Source: an uncultured Gammaproteobacteria bacterium
GTDB lineage: Bacteria; Patescibacteriota; Microgenomatia; UBA10105; UBA927
DNA: 58,278 nt
Assembly: GCA_964449675.1 (NCBI GenBank)
Contig: CAYVAR010000003.1
Location: 1-58,278, forward strand
Reading direction: 5' to 3'
Shown: piece by piece, positions 8,505-17,471 of the stretch
How the letters are laid out: every line of letters begins with the position of its first letter
Position numbering within the stretch: position 1 is the stretch's first letter
Made by a program: the position numbers and the translations under genes
The notes under the pieces: generated by a model
What the model was told of the DNA's origin: nothing
What the model saw: the letters and a program-made list of their open reading frames with translations, nothing else
Database searches by the model: none

Positions 8505-9314
8505 ATGGCAGATACACAACAAGTGCTTCATCTTGATATCGAATTAGTCGAACCAAATCCATTGCAGCCTCGTGGCCTCATTTCTCCAGATTCACTCTCT
8601 GATCTAGTTCACTCTATACAAGAACACGGTATCATCGAGCCACTCATAGTTGCCAAAACTCCGGCAGGCTTTCAAATCATCGCGGGTGAGCGCAGGTGGC
8701 GAGCATCAAAGCTTGCAGGACTGACCACTGTTCCGGTCATCGTCAAAGAGACGACCGCAAAGGGCATGCTTGAGATGGCAATCGTTGAGAATGTTCAACG
8801 GGAAGATCTTAATCCCATAGAACGAGCACAGGCATTTCAACGGTTGATAGAAGAATTTGGTCTGTCGCTTTCAGAAATTGCAAAAAGAATCGGAAAAAGT
8901 GAATCGTATGTCAGTAACACCATGCGTCTATTAGCTCTCCCAGATGCGATTAAAGATGGACTTATCTCAGGAGCCATCACGGAAGGTCATGCGCGTGCAA
9001 TAGCAGGTCTTGGCGAAACCAAGCTTATGGTTGATGCATATAAAACGATTTTGTCAGAAAGCGCGTCCGTTCGCAGGGCTGAAGATTTGGCGAGGAGACT
9101 TAAAGCGCAATATGATAAAAAACCTGTAGGTCGAGTCGAACGAATTCATAGCGATGAACTTGACGGAATGGCCAAAGACATGGCACAGGCAATCAATGGG
9201 TTAGTAAAAATAACGCAATCTAAAGTTGAAGCGCGGCTTGTTTTTGTCATACGGGGAACATTAGAATCAACAAGCAAAACCCTCAAAATAGTCCACGAAC
9301 ATCTCACGAAATAA
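8505..9314 (+). CDS. parB: ParB/Spo0J chromosome partitioning protein
   Basis: ParB box PNPLQPR and GERRWRASKLAGL, plus HTH LSLSEIAKRIGKSESYVSNTMRLL. Confidence 0.9.
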   Translation: MADTQQVLHLDIELVEPNPLQPRGLISPDSLSDLVHSIQEHGIIEPLIVAKTPAGFQIIAGERRWRASKLAGLTTVPVIVKETTAKGMLEMAIVENVQREDLNPIERAQAFQRLIEEFGLSLSEIAKRIGKSESYVSNTMRLLALPDAIKDGLISGAITEGHARAIAGLGETKLMVDAYKTILSESASVRRAEDLARRLKAQYDKKPVGRVERIHSDELDGMAKDMAQAINGLVKITQSKVEARLVFVIRGTLESTSKTLKIVHEHLTK

Positions 9315-9327
9315 AAATTTACGTTAG

Positions 9328-9894
9328 TTACTCAATATCGTAGGATGGGTGCGAGATGAAACCGAATAGAGAGAAGGGCCAGTAACGTAAAAAAGCTTGG
9401 CCGATAATGTCATCTTTGGATATCGGACCAAATTCTCGGGAATCTGAACTATGTGGCCTGTTATCTCCTGCGACAAAGTAGAGCCCTTCGGGGACCGTGA
9501 TTTCTTGTCCTTCTTGTAAATATGATCCTCCAAATATTGTAATATCCGGGGCGAGATACGGTTCTTCGACCGGTTGACCATTGACATAAAGCTTGTTATT
9601 TTTTAGTCCGACCGTATCTCCCGGGAGTCCTAAAATACGTTTGATATAATCCACTTCTTTGTTTCTTGGTGATTTAAATATGACAACATCACCTCGAGTA
9701 GGTTCTTTCATTTTATAGACAATTTTATTGGTGAGGATGTACTCACCGTTATGAAAGTTTGGTTCCATTGATGCGCCGTTTATTTCCTGTGGCGACATGA
9801 TAAAGAGGTAGATCATCACCATGATCGCTAAAACGACAACGATGCCTTGAAGAAAATCAAAAATCGCGGCGATAGCGCGCTTTATGGATTCCAT
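9328..9894 (-). CDS. lepB: signal peptidase I
   Basis: N-terminal TM helix then GASMEPNF (catalytic Ser box), and the KRILGLPGD and GDNRPHSSDSR boxes. The start is moved to MESIKR (9894); the 56 upstream codons of the track ORF run through GC-rich hairpins. Confidence 0.85.
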   Translation of the reverse strand: MESIKRAIAAIFDFLQGIVVVLAIMVMIYLFIMSPQEINGASMEPNFHNGEYILTNKIVYKMKEPTRGDVVIFKSPRNKEVDYIKRILGLPGDTVGLKNNKLYVNGQPVEEPYLAPDITIFGGSYLQEGQEITVPEGLYFVAGDNRPHSSDSREFGPISKDDIIGQAFLRYWPFSLFGFISHPSYDIE

Positions 9895-9909
9895 AAATGA
9901 TGTAATTAG

Positions 9910-9981
9910 GCCGCATCCGATAATAACTTTGTTATATCGGTGCGGCACAAAGTGCCGTAACCGTCCCGCTAAGCGGGACGG
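9910..9981. repeat. cluster of three consecutive stem-loops between lepB and tRNA-Val
   Basis: GCCGCATCCGATAATAA-ctttg-TTATATCGGTGCGGC, then GGCAC-aaa-GTGCC, then CCGTCCCGC-taa-GCGGGACGG. The last shares CCCGCTAAGCGGG with the gatD insert at 29207-29221. Confidence 0.7.
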
Positions 9982-10076
9982 ACGTGCACTTAGCGTACAT
10001 GATATAATTATTCTCGTCAATGACATGAGCAGGGCGGTTAACTCAGTGTATCTCGTTGACACCGGTCTGCCAAAGC

Positions 10077-10150
10077 GACCACTTAGCTCAGTTGGTTAGA
10101 GCGTCACGTTGACATCGTGAAGGTCGGTGGTTCAAATCCACCAGTGGTCA
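10077..10150 (+). tRNA. tRNA-Val (anticodon GAC)
   Basis: Manual cloverleaf: GACCACT TA GCTC AGTTGGTTA GAGC G TCACG TTGACAT CGTGA AGGTC GGTGG TTCAAAT CCACC AGTGGTC A. CCA is not encoded. Confidence 0.9.
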
Positions 10151-10157
10151 CAAAAGC

Positions 10158-10274
10158 GTCGGGCAGGTTGCAAAGGTCTCAGGCCTGCCCCGTAGACGCG
10201 CTTTTGCGACGCAAGGCTGTAAACCTTGGGAGCAAGTAAGTGTTGTACGGGGTTCGAATCCTGATGGGCCCGCA
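10158..10274 (+). other. tRNA-like relic or aberrant tRNA (Tyr-GUA-like anticodon arm plus T-loop motif)
   Basis: CAAGG-CTGTAAA-CCTTG looks like an anticodon arm (GTA), and GGTTCGAATCC is a T-loop box. The 3' end GGGCCCGCA equals the 3' end of tRNA-Asp at 23484. I could not fold a canonical acceptor or T stem. It is preceded by a GCGTC-GGGCAGG...CCTGCCC-cgta-GACGC hairpin. Confidence 0.3.
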
Positions 10275-10334
10275 AAATACACCAAGTTAGAGCTTTATGT
10301 TATAACACGTATCCTTGTGGACTAATAAAATAAA

Positions 10335-11299
10335 ATGGGAGAAGATAAGATTGACCAACCAAACACGATTCAACTCAAAGACGTGGCAGAACGTTCTCCT
10401 TATAAAGAGCATCTCGAACAAATCCTTGGGTTTTATGTTCCTTTAGCTTTGCAATTACCAACCTTGAGGGATGACCCCGAATTTATGTAAGCTACCATTA
10501 AAGCCACAGCGGCATCAGGAATTACGGATGTAGCAACTAAAGCCGACGTGCATATGCAACAACTTATAAAGGAGCAAGTTATTACAACTCGTCCCGATTG
10601 GCAATTTTGGGGAGAAGAGGGAGAGGATAATGTCAAAGAATATGACGAGACAAAACCTTTTTACTCGTTACCGACCTAATAGAGGGCACTAATAATTTTG
10701 GAGCGAAAAAAGACGACCAGTGGGGCTCGGTAATAGCATTAGTTGATTTAAAAACAAAGGAGCCCGTAATTGGTATCGTGGCTCATCCCACAAAAAGGTT
10801 ATTTTATGTAGGAGTTAAAGGAAGCGGTGCCTATACTCTTCAATATGATGAGGGAGGAAACTTGGTAAGCGTTCAACCTATGGATAAAACCCCCGAAAAA
10901 GATATTTTTACCTATAACGCAAGTCCTCATTTTGAACAACCTCTAGTCGAGCAAGTTGATAGATTTTTTGGTTTAGCAAACGTTCAACAAGATGCGCCAA
11001 ATGCAAGTGAATTGGATAAATCAAGGGAAATAGCTCATATACCAAATGGTGCGGGGAAAGAGAGTGTTTTTGAAGATCCAGAAAGTGGTGCATTGGAAGC
11101 AATAAGGTACAAAGGAACAATTTATTTCAAAACAAGTAATGAGATGGCTGCGGTTTTTGCAATTTTAAATGAGCTTGGAGGGAAAGTTACCGATGCAAAA
11201 GGTGAGCCTTGGCATTTAGGAATAAATACACTCATCGCGGCACGTACACAAGGAGACCACACATATTTACAAGGGGTTTATAACAAAACCACGAGTTAG
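10335..11299 (+). pseudogene. inositol monophosphatase (IMPase/SuhB/CysQ) family gene, disrupted by an in-frame TAA and a frameshift
   Basis: Frame 3 from the ATG at 10335 hits TAA at 10488-10490, then continues in-frame with ...TKADVHMQQLIKEQVITTRPDWQFWGEEGEDN (GEE metal motif). After a T5 run near 10655 the homology moves to frame 2: LLVTDLIEGTNNF (DPIDGT.NF-like) ... ILNELGGKVTDAKGEPW. Confidence 0.6.
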
Positions 11300-11414
11300 A
11301 AATATAGTTAGTATACTAAAAGGCGAGTAGGTTTGACGTGGGGATTTATATACATTTGCTCTAAAAACTTTTGGTAGTACGTTCCAACATAGTCAACTAG
11401 GCACCACAAATACT

Positions 11415-11756
11415 ATGCCATCGCGTTCCCACAAAATATTATTCTGGATTGTCTTATCTCTCACAATTATTTCTGTTATTTTAATTAAAGCCTACTTTTA
11501 TGCGAACGACTGTTATGACTTATTGCTTATATGTATCGTGGGCATGAATTTACTTGAAATATTCTTCGTATTTTTAATGCTGATACCGTTTCTCATCTTA
11601 GCAATTCCATACAGAGTGATACGAATAATACAAAAAAAGGAAATAAATTATTGGACACTTCTTTTATTTGGATTTATCTCCGCGGTAGTTGTAGGAATTC
11701 TTGATAAAATGCAATCACCGATGATTATCCGTCTTTTATCGCTTATTGGTTTTTAG
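11415..11756 (+). CDS. small hypothetical membrane protein (about 3 predicted TM helices)
   Basis: 113-aa hydrophobic ORF with no recognisable family. Confidence 0.45.
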   Translation: MPSRSHKILFWIVLSLTIISVILIKAYFYANDCYDLLLICIVGMNLLEIFFVFLMLIPFLILAIPYRVIRIIQKKEINYWTLLLFGFISAVVVGILDKMQSPMIIRLLSLIGF

Positions 11757-11762
11757 AGAAAA

Positions 11763-14081
11763 TTATTTTAGTATATCTTCAGAAGCACGTATTGGGTCAA
11801 AGTCGAGATTTGAAAATTTAGGCAGAATTGAGTTGTGTTTGTATTCCTTCCACAATGTCCTGCCATCCTTGAGAAACTGAGCGACGATGATGGTCGTGTT
11901 TAAACTTTTTGGAAACAGTCGAAGTTTATAGCGGCCCTTTCGGGGATTTGCGATTGCAACGAGACTCTGTGAGGATGAAACAGTTCTTCCGTTTGGATCG
12001 ACAACCCAGAACTGCGCTGGATGACCGAGAACGACGAGTGCAGATAATGGTTCACTCACTTCAGACACTGATATCGCACGTGATGCAAGAAGAGATGGGT
12101 TGAGAAAAGCCAATATAGCAGAGACTCCTTCCTGTGATTGAACGACACCAATGTGTGACTGGTTAATCGTAAATTGCGTTGCTCCCGAAATATTGCTACT
12201 TGAAGCGAGAACAGTATCGTCTCCTTTAGAAGAAAACTCTCTCTTGGTCGGCTTGCCATCTAGCCAATTGCCCTGACGAATATCACGATTGCTGGGAGGA
12301 ATGACCGTTATAGTGCTCAGCGTTTTGAGTCCGGTGCCGGTGAGCGACGCCACGGTTGCACCGAAAAACGGTGGCGCGAATAGGTTATTGGGCAGCCAAT
12401 CGTTTTGTGCGTGCATGGAAGATTCTGGTTTGAGTACCCCGGTTTTTTTGTCGCGCAAATAATCAGACGTAGGGAGAAGTTGTTGTGCAGAGGGGATATA
12501 CTGCTCTACAGCTTCTCGCTCACTTATTTGATGAACTTTTGAGCAATATTTCACTGCAATCGTTAGCATAATCCGAAAGGGAAGACTATTGCTCCAAATT
12601 TCTCCTGCGGACCATGCAGGGTATCCTAGCACTGTGCCTTTGTGTGGAGAACCTGCGGTCAGGAAGCGGTCCAGACGATGCCCCGTACCTAATTGTTCAA
12701 GATAACCTCGCCCGACGAGTCCGCCCATGCTATGTCCGACAAGGTCTATTCGCTCACCGCTTACGATCTGGTTATTGATAAACTGTGAAAGATCCGATGC
12801 GTGGGATGGCATAAGCTTCCTCCAGTCATAGAAAAATTGTGTTTGTGAGAATCCCGCGTTTTGGAGTGCATCGTGAAGGGGACCATAGATAAGTTGGCCA
12901 AAAACTGGCACCTCTGTCCAGCTTCCTGAATAATCATTTGCTTTACATTTAAGGATCGCATCTTCATTCCAACTTCCTCCAAATCCAGGGACCACGACGA
13001 CTTTTGTTGTAGGGATTGGTGTGGGAGTAGGAGTCGGTGACGGTGTTGGTGTAAGCGATGGTGAAGGAGTGGGTGTTGGCGTTTCCGTGGGGGTGGGAGT
13101 AGGTAACTCGATAGGTCCGTCGGTCGCTAGTCCAATACGATAGGAAGTTATTCCCCCGACTGATCCGAGCCCACCGTAGTAAAGGAGTGTCGTGCCATTA
13201 GGCAGTCGTAGTGCACTGGGACCGGCCATCCCTAGTGCATCAAACGTATCAGCGTCTTTTAAAAGGACCTTAACCGGCGTAGACCAATTGATAATGCCAT
13301 CGCTTGATGTGGCATAAGATAGATCTCCACCAACTCCGTGAAAAAATAATTCGTAACTACTTCCGTTATATATGACCGATGCCCCATCTGCGTGATTTCC
13401 GGATCCTGATAGATCAATAATCGGATTACCTACATACGGCGTCCAATTGACGCCATCCGACGACGTCGCATACCCTATGCGCCAAAACCCATTCTTCAGC
13501 GCCGAATACCACATCTTATATTCATTGCCAGTTTTTAGAACAAACGGTGAAGAAATACCTTCGGTATCCCAAGTTTGACTCGGAATGAGTACTGGATTTG
13601 AAGGAGACAAGGACCATAAAATTCCATCAATACTAGTTGCATGATAAATCTTAAAGTTTGATGATCCGCCGTTTAGAGAAGATGCATACCACATTTCGTA
13701 TGTATTATTCATAAATATTACGGATGGATCATGAGAATCACGGTTGTCTATAGTAAGCCTACTTACGATTGGATTCGATGATGATTTAGTCCAGTTTAGT
13801 CCATCTGGTGAAGTTGCTAAACCTATTTGAAATCGGCTTCCGTTGAAACCTGTATAATACATTTTAAATTCTGTATTGTCATAAATTACAGATGGCTGCC
13901 AAACATAAGAGCTATCCCAGCTATTTGATAAAACATTAAGTACGGGATTACCTGAATATTTACTTAATGAATTGATGGCCTGAGAAGATTGAGGTAGGAT
14001 TTTTAGAAGAAGAAGAGACAATAGAAGGATTAAGAAGATTTTCCTATATCTTCGTATTGTCATGGGCATGTAATGAGTCAT
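11763..14081 (-). CDS. secreted fusion protein: five-bladed beta-propeller (GH43/GH130-like) + Pro/Thr linker + alpha/beta-hydrolase lipase-like domain
   Basis: N-terminal signal/TM segment, then five repeats of the pattern NP(V/I)...WD...V..PSVI...Y.MWY...IG.ATS.DG..W. Linker PTPTPTETPTPTPSPSLTPTPSPTPTPTPIPTT, then VVVPGFGGSW and the nucleophile elbow GHSMGG. Confidence 0.7.
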   Translation of the reverse strand: MTHYMPMTIRRYRKIFLILLLSLLLLKILPQSSQAINSLSKYSGNPVLNVLSNSWDSSYVWQPSVIYDNTEFKMYYTGFNGSRFQIGLATSPDGLNWTKSSSNPIVSRLTIDNRDSHDPSVIFMNNTYEMWYASSLNGGSSNFKIYHATSIDGILWSLSPSNPVLIPSQTWDTEGISSPFVLKTGNEYKMWYSALKNGFWRIGYATSSDGVNWTPYVGNPIIDLSGSGNHADGASVIYNGSSYELFFHGVGGDLSYATSSDGIINWSTPVKVLLKDADTFDALGMAGPSALRLPNGTTLLYYGGLGSVGGITSYRIGLATDGPIELPTPTPTETPTPTPSPSLTPTPSPTPTPTPIPTTKVVVVPGFGGSWNEDAILKCKANDYSGSWTEVPVFGQLIYGPLHDALQNAGFSQTQFFYDWRKLMPSHASDLSQFINNQIVSGERIDLVGHSMGGLVGRGYLEQLGTGHRLDRFLTAGSPHKGTVLGYPAWSAGEIWSNSLPFRIMLTIAVKYCSKVHQISEREAVEQYIPSAQQLLPTSDYLRDKKTGVLKPESSMHAQNDWLPNNLFAPPFFGATVASLTGTGLKTLSTITVIPPSNRDIRQGNWLDGKPTKREFSSKGDDTVLASSSNISGATQFTINQSHIGVVQSQEGVSAILAFLNPSLLASRAISVSEVSEPLSALVVLGHPAQFWVVDPNGRTVSSSQSLVAIANPRKGRYKLRLFPKSLNTTIIVAQFLKDGRTLWKEYKHNSILPKFSNLDFDPIRASEDILK

Positions 14082-14094
14082 CGTAACTTATTTT

Positions 14095-14997
14095 ATGTAT
14101 ACAGCAATTTGTTATCTATGTAAATCCACAAAATATACCAAATGGCGAAGTATATCCAATTATGATCTTCAACAATGCGATAATTGCGGTTTCATTTTTG
14201 TCTTTCCTCTTCCCAGTACCGAAACCCTAAAGAATTTTTATGAATTTTTTGACTACAAAGACGTACCTCTCCAGGAAGTGAGAATACGAAAAGATGCGGT
14301 GAGAAGTTTGAGCTTAATTAAAAATCATTTAGAGAAAGAAAATATATCTCTTTTGGATATTGGATGCGGGCGTGGTTATTTAATGGATGAGGCTAGAAAA
14401 CTGGGGTGGAATACTTTTGGTATTGATTATTCAAGAAACACGATCAGATACGCTCTTAAGAACCTAAATCTGAAAGTAGTTCAGTCAGACATAGGTTCTT
14501 ATAGAACAACGACTAGATACGATGTTATCGTTTTAAGTCAATTCATTGAACATGTAAGTAATCCTAACGACATATTAAAAAAATGTTATCTGTTATTAAA
14601 AAACAATGGATTTTTATATATAGCAACGCCTAATATAAAAAGTATTTCAGCCAAAGTATTAGGAGTCGGATTCGATCATTTAATTCCGCCAGAACATCTT
14701 GGATATTATAGTAGAAAAACACTAGAAAGATTATTGATTAATAATGGGTTTAGAATACTTCATGCAGGTTCTTGGAGTTATAAAGAAGACCTTGCTGGAA
14801 TAATAAAAAGTATAATAAAAAAAGAATCAAATAAGACAATAATAAAAAATAGCGCAATTATTTCTTCAGACAAAAGTATATCAATAAAAAGAATCAAATA
14901 TATACTTTTTGATGAAATTTTTTGTAAGCTTTTTTATCAATTTCTTAATATTAATTGCTTTGGAACTATTTTGGAAGTATTAGCAGTAAAGAAATAA
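14095..14997 (+). CDS. class I SAM-dependent methyltransferase with N-terminal Cys4 zinc ribbon
   Basis: CYLCKS...CDNCGF, then LLDIGCGRGYLM (motif I) and VIVLSQFIEHV. Confidence 0.8.
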   Translation: MYTAICYLCKSTKYTKWRSISNYDLQQCDNCGFIFVFPLPSTETLKNFYEFFDYKDVPLQEVRIRKDAVRSLSLIKNHLEKENISLLDIGCGRGYLMDEARKLGWNTFGIDYSRNTIRYALKNLNLKVVQSDIGSYRTTTRYDVIVLSQFIEHVSNPNDILKKCYLLLKNNGFLYIATPNIKSISAKVLGVGFDHLIPPEHLGYYSRKTLERLLINNGFRILHAGSWSYKEDLAGIIKSIIKKESNKTIIKNSAIISSDKSISIKRIKYILFDEIFCKLFYQFLNINCFGTILEVLAVKK

Positions 14998-15004
14998 TTA
15001 ACTT

Positions 15005-15808
15005 ATGTCTCTTTCGGTAATTATGTTGACAAGTGACTCTGGCGAAGTTTTAAAGCAGGCGCTTGAGAGTATCGAGGGGTTGTGGGATGAGTTGATTGTG
15101 GGGGATGCAGGGAGCACTGATGGGACGAGGGAGATATTGACTCAATATAAGGCGAGGATTGTTGAACAGAAAGAGGGCAACCTCGGGGCGAGAAAGCAGG
15201 AGCTAGTAAGAAAAGCCAAGGGTGAGTGGATATTGGTGCTTGATAGCGATGAACGGGTATCGGAGGAGCTTTATCAAGAAATTAAGTCGCTTTCTCATTC
15301 ACCTCGGAGGAGTCATGGCCTCTCCGCCAGCAGGCGGATCAGCCTGCCACCGTCCGAGGTGGCGAGCACGGTAAGACAATGCGTTGCGTACCGGATACCA
15401 TATCAAAACTATGTATTTGGCAAACCGGTGTATTATGGAGGTGAGAAGTATAGCAAAGTCCGAATGTTTCGAAAAGGAAAAGGGAGAGTAGAGACGGTCC
15501 CCTTACATGAAGAGGTTATCGTTACCGGAAGGGTCGGAGATCTACACGGAGTCTTACTCCATCATTCGTATCGGAGTGTACCACAACTTTTTGGTAAATT
15601 TACTCAGTACGCAATTACTCTCGCAAGAGAAAAGAAGAAAAACCGCGAACGCCCTTCACTCCAAAAACTTTTTCTGTACGGCCCGCATATGTTTTGGGCG
15701 CGATTTATCAGTGATCAAGGATATAAGGATGGTTTGGGAGGATTTGTACTCGCAATCGCATTTTTTTATATGGAAACTCTAACGTATTGGCTACTACTTT
15801 TTAAGTAA
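15005..15808 (+). CDS. glycosyltransferase family 2
   Basis: SVIMLTSDSGEVLKQALESI, then ILVLDSDERVS (DxD). Carries an in-frame palindromic insert at 15299-15371. Confidence 0.8.
   Translation: MSLSVIMLTSDSGEVLKQALESIEGLWDELIVGDAGSTDGTREILTQYKARIVEQKEGNLGARKQELVRKAKGEWILVLDSDERVSEELYQEIKSLSHSPRRSHGLSASRRISLPPSEVASTVRQCVAYRIPYQNYVFGKPVYYGGEKYSKVRMFRKGKGRVETVPLHEEVIVTGRVGDLHGVLLHHSYRSVPQLFGKFTQYAITLAREKKKNRERPSLQKLFLYGPHMFWARFISDQGYKDGLGGFVLAIAFFYMETLTYWLLLFK
15299..15371 (+). repeat. palindromic GC-rich element in-frame within the GT2 gene (related to copy E at 7531)
   Basis: CACCTCGGA...TCCGCCAGCAGGCGGA...CCACCGTCCGAGGTGGCGAGC. A 9-bp terminal inverted repeat CACCTCGGA/TCCGAGGTG encloses an inner CGCC-agca-GGCG hairpin. 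It encodes HSPRRSHGLSASRRISLPPSEVAS. Confidence 0.6.
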
Positions 15809-15837
15809 GACTCACTAATATAAATCTTACAGAGATA

Positions 15838-15879
15838 CTATTCATGTTACTATGTTTTAAAACAAGATAACATGAATAG
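15838..15879. repeat. 12-bp perfect stem hairpin ending 4 nt before the next start codon
   Basis: CTATTCATGTTA ...18 nt... TAACATGAATAG, then the ATG at 15883. Confidence 0.7.
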
Positions 15880-15882
15880 ATT

Positions 15883-16683
15883 ATGAAAAAAATGATACAG
15901 ATACAAACTCAATGCTTTTGTGGATCGCAAGTGACACACAAACTTTTTGGTGCACATCCGTATATAATCGTCACGTGTTTAGCGTGCGGACAAGTACGGA
16001 CACAAACACCTCATGGTATAAAGCGGACGCAGTTTTACAAGAAAGAAAATTTTTCTATATATATTGAGAAAGAATCGATGTTTCGAAATATATTTAGTGA
16101 AAAGATACGGTTTATACAACGATTCCGAAAAGACGGAACATTACTTGATATTGGTGCTGGGGTAGGGCTGTTTATCGATGAAGCAAGAATTGCCGGATTT
16201 GACGCCATGGGGTTTGAGCCATCAAAAAGCGCGGTAGCTGCAGCAAAAAAGTATCTTCACGTATCGCTTATCAATGTCGAGTTTAACCAAAGCTTTGCCA
16301 AAGGTCCGTATGATATCGTCGTGATCAATCATGTGCTGGAGCATATGGCCTCTCCGAAAGAAATTATTGGTGAAGTAAGTCATGTGGTAAAAAAGAATGG
16401 GATACTCGTCATAGGACTTCCAAATTTTGATAGTATCTTGAGATATATTAAGCGTGGACGGTGGCAGTCGTTGATTCCCGACCAGCACCGCTGGCATTTT
16501 ACGCTCAAAACGCTTGACCAACTGATACTTCGCTTCGGCTTTACGCGCTTGGGTGTCGAGTACGAAAATCATGATCGACACATGATCCCCGTGTGGAAAC
16601 AGCGTATCTATGAGATAATTGACACTATCGCACTCGCAACTGGCACTGCCGAAGCCATGTTTGTGGTGTATCAGAAAACATGA
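15883..16683 (+). CDS. class I SAM-dependent methyltransferase with N-terminal Cys-rich zinc ribbon
   Basis: CFCGS...CLACGQ, then LLDIGAGVGLFI (motif I) and IVVINHVLEHM. Confidence 0.8.
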   Translation: MKKMIQIQTQCFCGSQVTHKLFGAHPYIIVTCLACGQVRTQTPHGIKRTQFYKKENFSIYIEKESMFRNIFSEKIRFIQRFRKDGTLLDIGAGVGLFIDEARIAGFDAMGFEPSKSAVAAAKKYLHVSLINVEFNQSFAKGPYDIVVINHVLEHMASPKEIIGEVSHVVKKNGILVIGLPNFDSILRYIKRGRWQSLIPDQHRWHFTLKTLDQLILRFGFTRLGVEYENHDRHMIPVWKQRIYEIIDTIALATGTAEAMFVVYQKT

Positions 16684-17471
16684 AACAAGAAAACAATGTC
16701 TGGTGTGTCGTCCTGACGTATTATCCAAAAGTACCGTTAGTTACAACAATAATTGAGGCGTTTTATCCGATTCCGGTCGTGGTTGTTGATAATACACCAA
16801 AAATTAAAGAAAGAAGTTTTGTGCATGCCCAAACTCTCGTCAAAGGTGACAACTTGGGGTATACCGGCGGGGTAAATAAAGGGCTACAGTATGCGTTCAA
16901 AAAAGGCGCGACGTGGTGCATCGCGGTCAATGACGACATTTCTATACCAAAATCGTCAGCTAAAACATTTATCAAAAAACTGCGTTCAATGCCGATGGCA
17001 ATTGTTGGTCCATACGCCGGATCGCTTGATAAAAAGCGGTGGACAACTGTCTACTCACCGCGAGAAACTCCCAAACGTGTAGACTATATTTCTGGTTCTT
17101 TTATGGCAATCCATAAAAATGTATGGAGGTCGGTTGGCCCGTTTTATACTCCATATTTTATGTACTACGAGGATGTGGAACTGTGCATACTGGCGCGGCG
17201 CAACGGTTTTCCCCTCGTCCATATACCGTTAAATGTTTCGCACAGCGACACACCGTCATTAGGTAGGGGATCATACTTACACAACTATTACCTTGCGAGA
17301 AACCATATGCTTTTTGTCGAGCGCAATGCACCGTGGTCTGTGAGAGTCCGTGAATATATCCGACTCCCAAAAACCTGGTGGGAACACTCAGAGAGGAGTA
17401 ATATCGGTGCTCTTGCGGGCATGCGCGATTATATACGACGGAGATTTGGAAGAGCTCCGAACGGATTATGA
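16680..17471 (+). CDS. glycosyltransferase family 2 (rhamnosyltransferase-like)
   Basis: VVLTYYP..., NLGYTGGVNKG, AVNDD, and YYEDVELC, typical of GT2. 4-nt overlap with the upstream gene. Confidence 0.8.
   Translation: MKQENNVWCVVLTYYPKVPLVTTIIEAFYPIPVVVVDNTPKIKERSFVHAQTLVKGDNLGYTGGVNKGLQYAFKKGATWCIAVNDDISIPKSSAKTFIKKLRSMPMAIVGPYAGSLDKKRWTTVYSPRETPKRVDYISGSFMAIHKNVWRSVGPFYTPYFMYYEDVELCILARRNGFPLVHIPLNVSHSDTPSLGRGSYLHNYYLARNHMLFVERNAPWSVRVREYIRLPKTWWEHSERSNIGALAGMRDYIRRRFGRAPNGL

Noticed and set aside
9895-10062. 56-codon N-terminal extension of the signal peptidase ORF in the six-frame track
   Set aside because: The extension consists of GC-rich hairpin modules (…ARPSRLAGRLRHFVPHRY…). The TM helix and LepB homology begin at the internal MESIKR start.
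10488-10490. In-frame TAA in the IMPase-like gene as evidence of stop-codon reassignment
   Set aside because: TAA, TAG and TGA all terminate well-conserved genes in this window at the expected positions. The same gene also carries a frameshift, so pseudogenisation is the simpler reading.
16222-16728. Long antisense ORFs inside well-supported genes (also 18244-18675, 26445-26876, 37301-37687, 39940-40326, 52584-52985, 53749-54150, 55004-55408 and others)
   Set aside because: These are shadow ORFs opposite conserved coding sequence, with no motifs of their own. The sense-strand proteins have clear family signatures.
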